Assembly (NCBI RefSeq): GCF_024521635.1
Contig: NW_026250408.1
Coordinates: 124,001 to 188,000, forward strand
DNA length: 64,000 bases
Direction: 5' to 3'
From: Tricharina praecox
Taxonomy: Eukaryota
Shown: positions 1-12,600 of the stretch, piece after piece
Layout of the letters: each line of letters begins with the position of its first letter
How positions within the stretch are numbered: position 1 is the stretch's first letter
The notes under the pieces: model-generated
Database searches by the model: none
Told to the model about the DNA's origin: nothing
Seen by the model: the letters and a program-made list of their open reading frames with translations, nothing else
Program-made: the position numbers and the translations under genes

Positions 1-877
1 ACTTAATCGGGCGTCCACTCAAGCACCAAGCAAGCGCTCAAGTGACCTGCCTGGTCCCGAGGGCTGAAGGCTGAAAGCTGAAAGCTCACATACCAGGTAC
101 ATACTATCCGCCGTCGCGGCGCCGGTGCAACCGCAGCTGTAGCTGCAGGTGTGCCAATGCTTCGATGCTTCAATGCTTCGAACGGGTTTGAGAAATAATC
201 GTGCTGTGCGATGGGGAAGTTGATGGTTTCAGAAGCAGAATCAGAATCTATGTATGTAGATGTCGCTGAGTCGCCGACGCGTGTGTGGGACTCTGGGTTG
301 GTGATGATAATTGGCGGCACGACGGGCCGGGGGCGCGGTCGCGGTCGCCGGTCACGGGAGAGTACTCTAGCCGAAGCCTAAAGGAAGGGGGATCGCGACT
401 CGAGACTCACGACTCACGACTCAAAATTTCCTTCCCCATCCCTCGAACTTCAAACTTCGAAGTGTTGCGATTCTCGATGAAAAATTCTCGCCGAAAAGCC
501 AACGTCGTCACTCGTCCAAACTTCAAGGAAGGTATTGCACATTTGTCATTGGTAATATTTGCACGCCCGGGGGCTGGAGAATCCTGTCTATCTCATGATT
601 GCTTCTCCTTCCAAGACTGAAAGGAGGTGCAAGAGCGAGTGTCCTAGATATGGTCGGCAGGTGTTGATATGGATTACATGGTGGTTAGAACTGTGGCTGG
701 TTTGCGTTTTCTCACGAATCTCACATCACATCACCAAAGGAACAAAACGTACTATGGCCAGCCAGTAAATTGTACTCTCCACATATCCCCAAATCCGCAT
801 AGCTAGCAGATACGCAGCAGGCGATATACACGTACAAATAAAGAAAGTAACTCTGGTCAACAGCATTTCTCATCCCA

Positions 878-960
878 TCCCTCATCCCTCATCCATCATC
901 CCATCCATCATCCCATCCATCATCCCATCCATCATCTCTCATACCACATCATCATCTCTC
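878..960. repeat. CATCC/CATCCATCATCC-type simple repeat downstream of ena1
   Basis: Directly visible tandem catcc/catc units. Confidence 0.7.
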
Positions 961-1028
961 ATACCCATACCCATCCAAAATCATAAACCCCCACCCCTCC
1001 CAACGCCGCCAACTCCAACACCGCCACC

Positions 1029-4000
1029 CTACTTCGTCCTCACCTCCAGCATACTCCCATTCTCCATCTCCTGGATCACGGGCTTCTTATACCCAGCGCT
1101 CCCCCATCCCCTCCAGCGCTTAATCGCCTTCCAGCCCTCGACGACACTCAAGTAGACAACACAGCACCCCACGACCACGCCCCACTCCCAGCTGATAGCC
1201 ATGTGCTTGAACACGACAGTGTTAAACACAGGGACATACACCACGGGGAAGGTGACAAAGAAGCCCGCAACGACCGCCCAGAACAAGAAGCGATTATACC
1301 AGACCGCATGGAAAACCGCGAACGGGCCGGTATGGCGCTCAGGGTTAAGCCGAAACAGCGAGCGGGTGAAGTGCTTCACCTCCCAAGCGGTGAGTAGGAG
1401 TAGGAACGAGAGGACGGAGAAGACTGTAGCGCGGGCGCGGAACACGGCGTCGCAGGTCTCGTTGTAGCCATGGTTGCAGTCGCGGCCGAGGTTGCCGTCG
1501 TTGGCGCCAAAGATGACGATGACGAAGGACACCAGACACAGGACCCCCATGGTTATCCCGTATAACATCTTGTCGATGATGACTTCCCACGTGAAGACGC
1601 CGGTGCGCAGGTCGTGCGGTGGACGCGTCATGACGTCGGGGCTGGCCTCCTCGAGGCCGAGGCCGAGTGCTAGGAACGACGACGTGATCATGTTGACCCA
1701 TAGGATCTCGAGCGGGGAAAGCGGGAAGACGGAGACTTTGTTCTGATCCTGGAAGGAGAGACCGATGAGGAGGAGGACAACTTGCGAGATGTTGGAGATC
1801 AACAAGTGCATGATGAACTTCTGGATGTTGTCGAACAGTCTTCGTCCCTCCTCGACGGCGCGGACGATCGATGCGAAGTTGTCGTCCGTGAGAACCAGAT
1901 CGGCGGCGTCCTTGGCAACGTCCGAGCCGCTGAGTCCCATGGCAATACCAACATCGGCTCTGGCGAGGGCTGGCGAGTCGTTGACACCATCACCGGTCAT
2001 GACACAGAAGGCGCGACGGCGATGAAGCGCCTCGACCATGCGGACCTTGGTGGTGGGAGAACATCTGGCGATAACCTTGGGGAGCGCAGGGAGTGCATCC
2101 ACCTCGGCGTCGGAAAGAGCGTCGAAGGCGGTGGCAGTCATGACCATGGTGCTGGCGAGAGCGGCGGGCATGGCTGCCTCCAAGATACCAACTTCGTGGG
2201 CGATCGCAGTGGCGGTACGGATATGGTCACCGGTGAGCATGTGGACTTCAACACCGGCAATCTTGCAGCGGCGGACGGCGTCCTTGGTCTCCGGTCTCGG
2301 GGGGTCGTAGAGTCCAACCAATCCCAAGAAGTTCATGTTGCTCTCGACCGAATTGCGGTTGGCTGCGTCGGAGCGGTCGATGCGCTTGTGGGCGACACAG
2401 AGGATACGGAGTCCTTCGCCGGCAAGCCGCTCAATCATATCCATGATCTCGGCCTTCTGGTCTTCGGGGATGGCGAGCGTAGGAACAATGACCTCACCGG
2501 CACCCTTCATGAAAGCCTCGATAGTATCACGGCCCTTGTGGTGGTAGACGATGCTCATCCTCTTGACGGTCGAATCGAAAGGATGCTCCGCAATCAAGTC
2601 CCAGTCACCGGAAGCCAGGAGATCCTGCTTTCCCTTTCCAAACCTCATTGCGAGGACCTGAAGCGAGATCTCGGTGGGCTCTCCGTTGGCGGTCCACTGT
2701 CCAACCTTCTTCTCGGAGGACATATTGGTGTCATCGTTACGAGAAACGGTCGACAGGTTGCAGGTAGCAATGGCCTCAAGGAAACGCTCCAACTCCGGGT
2801 GCTTCTCAACAAGAGAACCATCGACAGCCTTCTCTCCGAGGAAGACCTGGCCACTCGTGGGATCGAAAGGACCTTCAACACCATCCACCTTCAACTCTCC
2901 GAGACCGGGAATGAACGCCTTGCGAGCAACCATCTTTCCCTGCGTCAGGGTACCGGTCTTGTCGGAACAGATGTTGGTGACACCACCGACGGCCTCGAGC
3001 GCCTGCATCTTGCGGACGATAACGTGGCCCTTGGCCATGGTCTTCGTACCGACGGCCATGGTGATGGTGAGGACGGCAATCAGCGACTCGGGGATGACGG
3101 CCACCGCAACACAGATACCGTAGATCAAGACTTCATCGGAGATTTTCCACTATTCTCGGTTAGAATGCACAATCATAGAAATTCGTAGGACGGAAGGAAA
3201 TACCTTGGATGCCGAGAAAACGATGATGGCGAGCAGGATAGCGAAACCAAACAGGAGCAGCGCGAACTTGCTGAGCTTGACCTGCAAGGGGGTACCAACA
3301 AGTCCAAGAATGTTCTTTCCCGACTCCTTAATCTTCCTCAGGAATCTCTTGAAGGGCCCGCCCTGCCTCTCCTTCTTTCCTCTAAGCAACTCGGCGATGC
3401 TACCTACCTCAGTCTGCATACCCGTGGCGACGACAACACCGAGAGCACGACCCTTGGAGACAGTACTCGACGCCCATACCATATTGTGGCGATCGCCAAT
3501 AGGGCAGTTGGCGTCGGTGACAAGGAACGCCGGGTTCTTTGCAATCGGTAGACTCTCTCCAGTGAGCAAAGCCTCATTCGTCTCCAAGTTCATGGCCTCA
3601 AAGACCCTAAGATCGGCGGGCACGACATCACCAACAGTGATCTTGACGATGTCGCCGACAACCAGCTCTTCCGCCTTGATCTTCTCGATCTTGCCTTGGT
3701 TCCGGATGACCGTGGCGATGGGGGCAGACAGGGAGTGCAGAGATTGCATGGTTTTTTCAGCGCGGTAGTCCTGGACGAAACCGATCACGATGTTGAGACA
3801 GATGACGGCGGCGATGACGGAGCCTTCGACATAGTCGAGCATACCGAACGAAGCTGCCATGGCAATGAGGAGAACCTGCGAGAAACAGTTAATATCATTC
3901 GTATCGTCAAGGTTGTGTTGGCTCTGGTCGTCATCTTGTCCGGTATGTCTCCGTTTTGTCAGGTTTGAAATGGGACAAAATATGCTGGTACTTCGAGTTT

Positions 4001-5241
4001 GGATTTTCGGTCCTCTCTCTCTGCGAACAAAAATGCGGTGCAACATGATAGGGGGGAAGGCGATGATAAAGAACACAGGCATAGAATGAGCCAATGGAGG
4101 ACGAATCCAACCAGAGGCTGTACAGGGTATTATGCTCCACTCTCCTCCATCCCAACAGTAACAATTTACAAACACACACTCGTAAAATAAAACAAAACCC
4201 GCTCCGATCTGAGTGACAAGGAATGAAGGGAGGAGCAGGAGCAGGTTATCGGATCAGTCTCTTCTCCGAAGAGGTGGGGTAAATGCAAGAGGACAGAGCC
4301 ACGAAACCACGCCAGTCGAGGGGTACGAACGCGGGAAATCGCGCCGCCCGCCATCGACCTCGCAGGGTTGTGGTGGTATAATACTCTCCGTAGAAACGGA
4401 TGGAGTAACCATGGCTCTCGTGTCACCAAACACGTTTCCCCGATTACCCCGCACATAAGTACGGAGATAAGCCGGAAGCAAGGGGGATCGAGTATGGCAA
4501 CAAGAAGCGCACGCGAAGCGAAACAAAGAGCAAAGTAAAGACGGGGGGTTAGCCTACCAAAGTCAAACTGTTGGAAACCTGTCTCAGGAGCACACCCCAC
4601 CAGGTGATGCCTTCTCCGGTGGTCAGGGTGTTGGGTCCATCGGCCAGAAGCTTCTCTTGAGCAACGGACGTTTTGAGACCCATAGCCATGTCCACGCCGA
4701 GAACCGCAGCGACAGCTCCGGCGTCGGCGGTGTGCGGATTCTTGCCGTCGTAGAAGCCCTTCATCTCGATATCGATGGTGGTCTCATCCGTCTCGACTGC
4801 GGTCACCGAAGAATTGGCGGAAACGGGAGCGGTCGAAGTCGAGGTGTCTCTGATGGACGTCACGGTCGTCGAAGGGCTTATCTGCTGCCGTTGCTGCGAG
4901 ACGAAACCACCCTTGGGCTGCTCCGTCGGAGAGCCCGCGTGAGACGCGCCATAGTCGTAGACCTTGACGTGGTGTCCGGTAGCGAGCTGGTGCGTGGTTG
5001 TTGATTCAAACGGCTGCTGGGGCCGTGCAGTCACGTCGACTGGATCGTTGTGGGAGATAGGAATGCCTCCTGCCGGCAAGTGATAGGGCGGATTGGGCCC
5101 ATTGCCGACAGAAGGCTGCGGTATAGGCGGCGGGTCGTCATTACAACCTTCCTCGCTGGCTTGGACGGTGACGAGGCCAGAGTGCTGGTTGATGGGAGAG
5201 GTGGTTGGGGAAGAGGACGAAGCGGGAGTAGAGTTCACCAT
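1029..5241 (-). CDS. ena1: ENA-type (P2D) Na+/K+-exporting P-type ATPase; exons ~5241-4558, 3875-3204, 3149-1029
   Basis: Motifs LTGES, CSDKTGTLTQGKM, MLTGDH, MTGDGVNDSP. The TQGKM and GVNDSP variants and IPESLIAVLTIT fit fungal ENA pumps. GT..AG introns join ORFs 4549-5241, 3150-4175 and 1029-3128 in frame. Confidence 0.92.
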
Positions 5242-7056
5242 TCAATAGAACTGGAAACCTGACGAAGTTTGTATAGATAGATGAAGGAAGACGAAGCGGT
5301 TTGGGGGGGGGGGGGGCAAAGTAGTAGTTGTAAGATACTATTTGAAGTTTCGACGATTGAGGTGAGCTTCCAGAGATCAAGAAGGCGGGTAGGAGGAAGG
5401 CAATCTTTGAGGGTGATGGGAGGGGAGCATATATACCTTTTTTCCCTTTTTATTGACGAGCTCTAGTGCTTAAGATGATTGGGGCTATTCTGCTTAGTTG
5501 CGAGATGTGGATGGGGACTTTGAAAGATATGACGATGGGGGGGAGGTGTGTGTGCAGGGCCAGGGAGGTTGGTTGGTTGACGGGCTGGGTTTGTTTCTCG
5601 CCGCCGAGCTGCTGCGCCTCGGCTCGCCAAGCTTTCAACAAGCTATCGCTGGCCAATCACCATGACCGCCAACCTCGCCATGGAGCGCGCTGCACAGGGT
5701 GGCATCAACAGAATTGAATTGCGAAGAAGCACGCAAAATCAGGACAATTACCAGTAACTATCGATTCGATTCGCTGATTCAGGCTCAATGTTTCCCACGA
5801 CGAACCGGCTGCAAAGACAGCTCAGGACTTCCGTCATAGCTACTAGCTGTCTAGTACCAGGGATAGATAGTTCCTAGCGCCTACCGGCATGGTACGTACT
5901 ATCTACATGGAATCATCGCCTCAATGGCGAACGAACAGAGCGAACACTGACAGCGAACAAGATTCGGCACGAGAAAGTACAGCAGAGAGAGCTCGTCGCG
6001 ATCCTGAGCTGCGATTCTACCTACATACCCACCGGTATAGCTTCGCAGCCCTACCGGCTCCGGCCATCCATCCCTGTGCAAGGGAAGCATCTGCCATCGA
6101 CTGGGTGGCATGCCAACATGGCGCCACGTTCCCCAGTCGTCCATTATTCGGCCGCATCTGGACCCCGTGAGCACGGGTGTGTCTTGCTTCCCCGCACTGG
6201 AGTGTGGGTGCTCCGGGGAGAAGCCATGCCGATCAGGGTAAATCGCATGCCAGATTGTCTATCCGTCTACTCATGCCCCTCCTCGACGGTCCCCAAAAGA
6301 ATGAAAACGCGGAGAAGAACGAAAAAAGGAAGCAGAGAAGAAGGGAAACAACGGCGGGAACGCAGAGGAACAACGGAGGCAGAAACGGCCCCCAACGGAC
6401 GTGCATCGCCACGGGCCATTCCGGAAGCAAAGCGAATATCACCTATAGGCGGGCTCTTGTCGCACTGGACCAATCAAGAAGCTACCAGTACATGGTGGTG
6501 CTCTACCTGCTCTACCTAATGCAATGCCTAATGTGCAATATAGGTACACATGTACCAGCACTTTGCTTAATACTGTGCGATAGCACCCATCTGCCGTATC
6601 GAATCGCAATCGATAAGGACGAGACCGAGCCTCATCTCGACGATCCGCCGCCGACACACGGCAGACTAGGTATTAACCGACATCCATCCGCTGTTATGAT
6701 ACAAACGACTCCAGGGAACACGGGCAAATTCGTCCACCCTGGCGAACTCACGAGCACTTGCACGCCTGAAACATTGCGAACACGGGACTTCGGATGCGAT
6801 TGCCGCCTCCGGCCATGCACGATCCACTCCCTTAGCCGACGCCCCGCGATCACGAACACGTGACGTGCTGACTCTTCGTGAATCATGATCGCAGCATGAA
6901 GACAGCGTGGGGGCATCTCATTCCCACCCTGCGATGTCGCTTCTTGTTGGCACAGGTAGGCGAGTAAGTACCCACGGCAACGGCTGAAAGGATGTTTCCT
7001 CGTGTGCTGTCTTCGTCCCTGTTCCGGGCGGGCTCGTTCGTGGGAATCCTCAAGGG

Positions 7057-7151
7057 GCCAAGGTTTCTCCGGCCAAGCTGCGGGGTTGCAGGAGCTGACG
7101 ACGCAGAGCTCTAGTTGGCCAAGCCGACAGGATTACCGAGCTCAAGCCAAG
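7057..7151. promoter_or_regulatory. Cluster of 4 GCCAAG sites (PacC/Rim101-type GCCARG)
   Basis: GCCAAG at ~7057, 7072, 7118, 7146, upstream of the ENA ATPase start. Confidence 0.5.
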
Positions 7152-8043
7152 CCGACAGCTAGGATTTCTGATTATCTATCGTGCCCAGAATCCAGATATT
7201 GCGGTAGCCCGGCACCGGGCCGATATCCGCCGCCCTGATTCATTGGCCGCAAGGAACGAACCCGGCCGAGTTGCCCGGAGATCGGACTGCGACCGATGAA
7301 ACAGTTGCAGCTCTCACCGCTGCTGCGAGCGAGCACGGAAATGAGAACACGGTTTACCGAGCCCGCTCATGGATATTCCCCGCGACGCCTTGTCGACGCC
7401 GTCGGTGGGATGTGCTGCCCGTCCAGCTGCTTCGAGCAGCTTCCAGTTCCGCCACCGGAATGTTTTCTTCCGCGCTGCTCTCTAGCCACATCATGAGCGA
7501 TCCGCCATCCCACATTTCCTGCTTTTTTGTTTCCTCTAGCTCTACGCAGCTAGCTCTACGCAGCTTCTTTCTCGCTCCTCTAGGTACCATTGGTCTACAA
7601 AACTTTCTAGAAACCACCAAACATCCTCGTCTGCCCGCCGTTCGCACTTGCGGCTCTTGGCGAGCTTCCAGGTCTGGACCCAATCCCACCCAGTCCCACT
7701 CAGTGCTCACAACCACGAATCATGACAAAGTGGCGGTATCTAACCAACCTTTCATTGGTTTGTAATCACCGATCGCTGTGGCGGTACCAAGGAAGTAATT
7801 ATTCGCCACAGTCTGCTGGTCTGCTGCGGACGCGAGTGCTAACGTGTGAACGCCGTCATTCTCACGGTACTCCGGTATCTCCCCACTACGCAGACCACGC
7901 CGTATCTACATGGAAAGAGAAACCATGTCCCCCGCCCCCATCGCCACGAACCACGATCTGTTGCGCGCAGATAACGGTCACCACTTCCCATCCCCATCCC
8001 CGGAACCTGAAGCGGAGTGGAGTGGAGTGCGATCTGGTCTCAA

Positions 8044-8183
8044 GCCAAGTTACCAGCTAAGCGGCCAACCAGCCCAGTCACCAACCAGCCAAGCGGCCAA
8101 GATCCAGCACGGAGCGGCGCCGCCGTGGAGCCAAGTGATTCCAGCGTCAGCCAAGCGGGCCCGTCGGGCTCGGCTCACTTGGC
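8044..8183. promoter_or_regulatory. Cluster of 6 GCCAAG/CTTGGC (PacC-type) sites
   Basis: GCCAAG at ~8044, 8088, 8096, 8130, 8150 and CTTGGC at ~8178. Confidence 0.5.
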
Positions 8184-8504
8184 TGCGTGCTGTTTGATGC
8201 TTGCTGGCTTGTTGGCTTGTTGGAACGGGAATTTAGAGCCTTGGACCTTGGGGAGTTGGAGCTTGGGAGGTTGGAGCCTGGGAAGTTGGGGGGCGCGGAG
8301 GTGAGCTCCGTCGCGTTGGCTTTGTCTTTGTATCTGTCTTCGGCGGATAACTGTTCATCAGCATCAGAGAAATGGGAAATTGTTTCTATGGGGCGGAAGT
8401 ATCGTGGATTTACGGTTCGAGGGACTAGTTTCTCCGCAAGTGTTTCCGGCAGGATATTGTTAAAATTGGCTATAGACTATAAAACTGACCGAGCGACATC
8501 AAAC

Positions 8505-8576
8505 GACTCCGTGGCGCAATGGTAGCGCGTCAGATTCCAGACCTGAAGGTTGCGCGTTCAAATCGCGTCGGGGTCA
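8505..8576 (+). tRNA. tRNA-Trp (CCA), intronless
   Basis: Acceptor stem GACTCCG/CGGGGTC, D-arm GCGC-AATGGTA-GCGC, anticodon loop TT-CCA-GA, T-arm GCGCG-TTCAAAT-CGCGT, followed by T-runs (Pol III terminator). Confidence 0.95.
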
Positions 8577-9659
8577 CTAAATCTTTTGTTTTTGCTCTGC
8601 TCTCTTCTGTTTTTGTTCTTGCTTCACTAGCGGTCGGGGTTATGGGAGCGTGTGTGAATGTTGATGGTGGGGAGTGTAGGGGGGCGAGAGTGCGCATCCA
8701 CCCGGATCGTTGTGGTGACTCTACATAGCAGCACAGAAGAATAGATTGGACGCGCGGATCCGGAGATGTTGGCATGAATAGGCTTCCGTGAATAAATTTA
8801 TACGGTGGACAGTGGAGACCGAGTGCTGTCGGCGGGGGAGTAACCTTCAGTAGCACCTTGGGCTACTCGTAACCTTCGGCAGCACCATGGGGCGAGTAAC
8901 TCTCGGACCAAGAAGTCTGAAGTCCAAAGTCTGAAATCTACAGTCTGTATATGAAGAAAGATCTCGCCGCTGGTGTGATTGTTGCGGTATGGAAGTGATT
9001 GTCTCTCCCGTCTACCCAAGTGGGTATTTCAACACCAGCTTTTGGCTACCTATGGTACAAAAGACTCATGGAATCCGTGGCTCCCCGCTGTGTGCGAGTA
9101 CATCGCTCAAAATCTAAAATCTAAAACACATGGGCGAAATTGAAACTAAAACAGAATGATATATGTCCGGTATTTAGAGTACCATCTTCCTCACGAGTCT
9201 CTGACTCGAAATGTCTATGGCTACTTCCTGTCGTTTTCCGGTCGGCGTGCACGAGTGAGCCGGCTAGAATCTAGACACGAATCCGTTTCCATCAAGAATT
9301 CGACCGTTTGCTTGCTAGAGTAGAGTAGAGTAATTGTGGATCTCAGCGAAAACGACGGAATCGCGGTCGCGGGTGATGATGGTCGGGTGATGATTCGTGC
9401 TTCAGCTTCCGTCAAGCAGCAAGCAAGCACGTGTATTTTAGCTTTACATACTCTGGAAAAATACATTCCTCACTTCCACCTATGGTTATTGTAAGGCGGT
9501 GATTGCCGGGAAGTAGTAACTTGGAAGTATGAAGTAGGAGGGTAGAGATGTGGTGTCTGAAGGCGGAAGACGGGAATCGAATGGTGGTGTGGTGAGGAGT
9601 ATCGATAAGCCTTCGGCGGAAGAACGGGAGGTGCCGATACATAGTAGATCCGTACATAG

Positions 9660-12600
9660 ATATGGTGTATTTTGGATATTCCAACAGCCGGTGTTGGACT
9701 TGTCACGTGTTGGAAGATTATATCGAAGGCGATCAGAGATGTGAAGTGTATTGCATTGTACCTATTGGTATGTAGTACCCAAGTTACGGGAAGAAGAACT
9801 ATTCTAATATAGACGGCGTGAGGTAGTACCTAGGTAGGTTCCAATCCCTCTGAGCCCAACCCCAGCCCCAGCCACCTCCTGACGTTCGTCTCTCCGCTGT
9901 CTCATATCCTCCGCCTCAGATCCGTCGCCGCCCTGTCTTCAGCAGCGGGCCTGGCAGGCTGCTAGGTAAGTACAAGGCATGTACCTAGCAGTTACCGATA
10001 ATCGACGTCTTTCCTCCTCCGATGCTAGATGTCGAGGTTAGAGAAGGAGCGGACGACAGAGCAGGATCGGAGTAGGCAGGTACTCAACTGGTTCGGATAA
10101 ATGATAAATCCCCGCCACTGGTGAGCGAGGGCATGATATGTAGTGATTATATCGTTGAAGTTGTCGTCGCATTGGATAGTGAAGCGAGAACGCAGCGGCC
10201 AGCAGGTTATATCTGGTGAAGTAGGTTGCGCGGCCTCGCCCACCAGTGACCGTAGCCCAGGCTTATGCCATGCTGGAGTTAGCCTGGTATGGTCAGCGCC
10301 GCTATAGTAAAGACAACGAACTCAGTCCGGCCAGCTAGGTAGGTACTTACACCGTTCTTCGGGCTAGCTGCCCCTCCCGCTTCCCGCCCCGCCCCCCACC
10401 CCGGGACCTCCTGTGTCTGCAGCCGCAGCACCACTGGGGTGCATAATGGGTGTATGGTGCAGGGGCGGGGCGAAGATGGGGAGACTGAAGCGACTGGGTA
10501 GCCGCCCATCTGCGGCCGCCGGCACGCTTGATCAGCGGCAAGTAGTTGTGTTGTGTTGTGTTGTATTATGTTGTATTATGTTGGGTTGTGTTGTGATGTG
10601 AGAGAAGGAAGAAGTGGTAGGTGGGGAAGAAGTGATGGGAGATGAAGACGGTACGAAGAGCGGGTTGTGGGCCGTGAACTGTGGTCCGTATGTGACGTAC
10701 ATCACGATTGTCGAAGACTGTACGAAGGGTAGGGTTGCGGCCCTTCCGCCGAGCTTTTCGAGTAACTATGCCGAGCCTCTACGCCGACTAATCGAATCCA
10801 ATTCCATAATAAAAGTTATAAAACTAGGACGGTCAGCGCCAGTGAGCATAGCAATATAAAAGTACGCAGTGACGGCTTGTTTAGCAGGTTCTCGAGAATT
10901 GGCTTGCCTAGTAGGTACTCTATTCGAGAACGATATCGGCATAATTCACTGATCGCACCGGGCAGTGACGGGTGTAGTAGGTGCTCGACAGGTTCGACGA
11001 TCCGCTGCCAGATGGCCGGAGGGGTTCCTCCCGGCTCGAGTGCTCTCGCGTGCGCCGCCTGTGGGTCTGTCCACCACAGAAGTTAGCCGTTCACATTTTG
11101 ACTACTTACATAATAGTGGACTTCGTTTCCGGTGTCACGGTCGATCGACTCCGTGGACACGATGATGTCAGGAATTGGCGGTGGTGGTGGCGGTGGTGGT
11201 GGCGATATCCGCGCCTGCGTCTTCCGCTTCCTCTCCCTCTACCTCTCCCTCTCCCTCTCCTTGTGCACCCATCGCACTCAAAAATTGCGCTCAACCATCA
11301 CCTTCATCCACTCATCCTCTCCACTCGTCCTTCGATTTTCCGAACGCGCCGAGTAGGTACATACCGGTTGTCAAACTTTACGGCGACGTTTGCACGAATA
11401 TGGTTTGCACGAATAAGGTTCCGCGGTGGACGAGTGAACGGCCGTGGTGGACAGCTGCGACCGAGTGTCGACGAGCACATGATTACGCGGCAAACTTTAC
11501 GCGGCAAACTTTTAGGCGGCACCTCATAGAGTAGAGAGAGGCCTCGCTGCTGATGATACTTTTGCTGTGTCGTATCAACTACCAATGCTCTGTCGTGCTA
11601 TGTATTCGTGTATTCCAGCACTGGCTAACTCAAGCCCATCAACTAACCACCGGCGAGAGAACATCAATTTGTTGCGCACCAAGAACAGACATTCACATGT
11701 CATCGGTCATCATCTCCCTGTACAGGGCACAGCCACAGTATCCTGCTGCGCGCTCATGTTCTGCCTTTCCTCCTCCACCTCCTCCTCTTTAGTGATGCAG
11801 CATATTTACCTCGCCACGCTGCAGCCATGCACGCGAGTGATATCGCATGCAGAACAATACCTACCTTAGTAGATACTCGGGAATCCGGATTTCACCTACG
11901 AGCCCATGTATCGTAGGATACGTAGATACATATTGAGCAGAGCAATAGACAGTGAAACAGTCTATTGATTTATCTCAGCTAAGGCAATGCACATACTCTA
12001 CTACGAATCGCACCGCTACCAACCCTCCAACCCTCCAATCCTTTATATGACACGACTCCTCCACCGACCACCCACCCAAACCCCGAATGAATTCCTCTCA
12101 CCGACCCGCTCACGTCGTCAGTGGACTTCCCTATCACGAGGCTTGTAGAGTCGGCTGTAAGCTGGGGGTATCCGTCCGCATATCGCCAACCCCGCCAACC
12201 CCGCCAACCCGAGAACCATAGCTACTACTACCTAGCACTATAGTGCAATATCCTCAGCCCGCCTACCTCCACCAGTGACCATATCTCATCCGACCGGAAA
12301 GCCGTCCCATGCGCCGTCTCACCCGCCGCACTAGCCAGCGGCCAGCAATCAGGGTGGAACTTTACCTATGGACTTGATGTATTTTCGATATTCTAACAGC
12401 CGGTGCCGGACACGTCACGGGTTGCACGATTATATCAAGGCAATCATAAATGTGAAGTGTATTGTATTGTATTGTAGCAGTATTGGTACATATGTGGTAT
12501 GTTATGGGAAGAGAAACTATTCTAATATTGATGGCACGACAACCGTCAACACGACTTCTCTCCTCCGGTGCTAGATGTAGAGGTTAGAAAAGGAACAGAC

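Noticed and set aside
1782..3188. 468-aa plus-strand ORF
   Set aside because: Antisense shadow of the codon-biased ENA ATPase exon; no recognisable motifs.
10727..10736. GGGTAGGGTT as a telomeric repeat or telomerase template
   Set aside because: Single imperfect unit, not tandem TTAGGG.
11548..11580. CTGATGA in the repeat module as a hammerhead ribozyme core
   Set aside because: No following stem II + GAAA, and CTGATGA is not conserved across copies (CTAATGA, CTGATGG).
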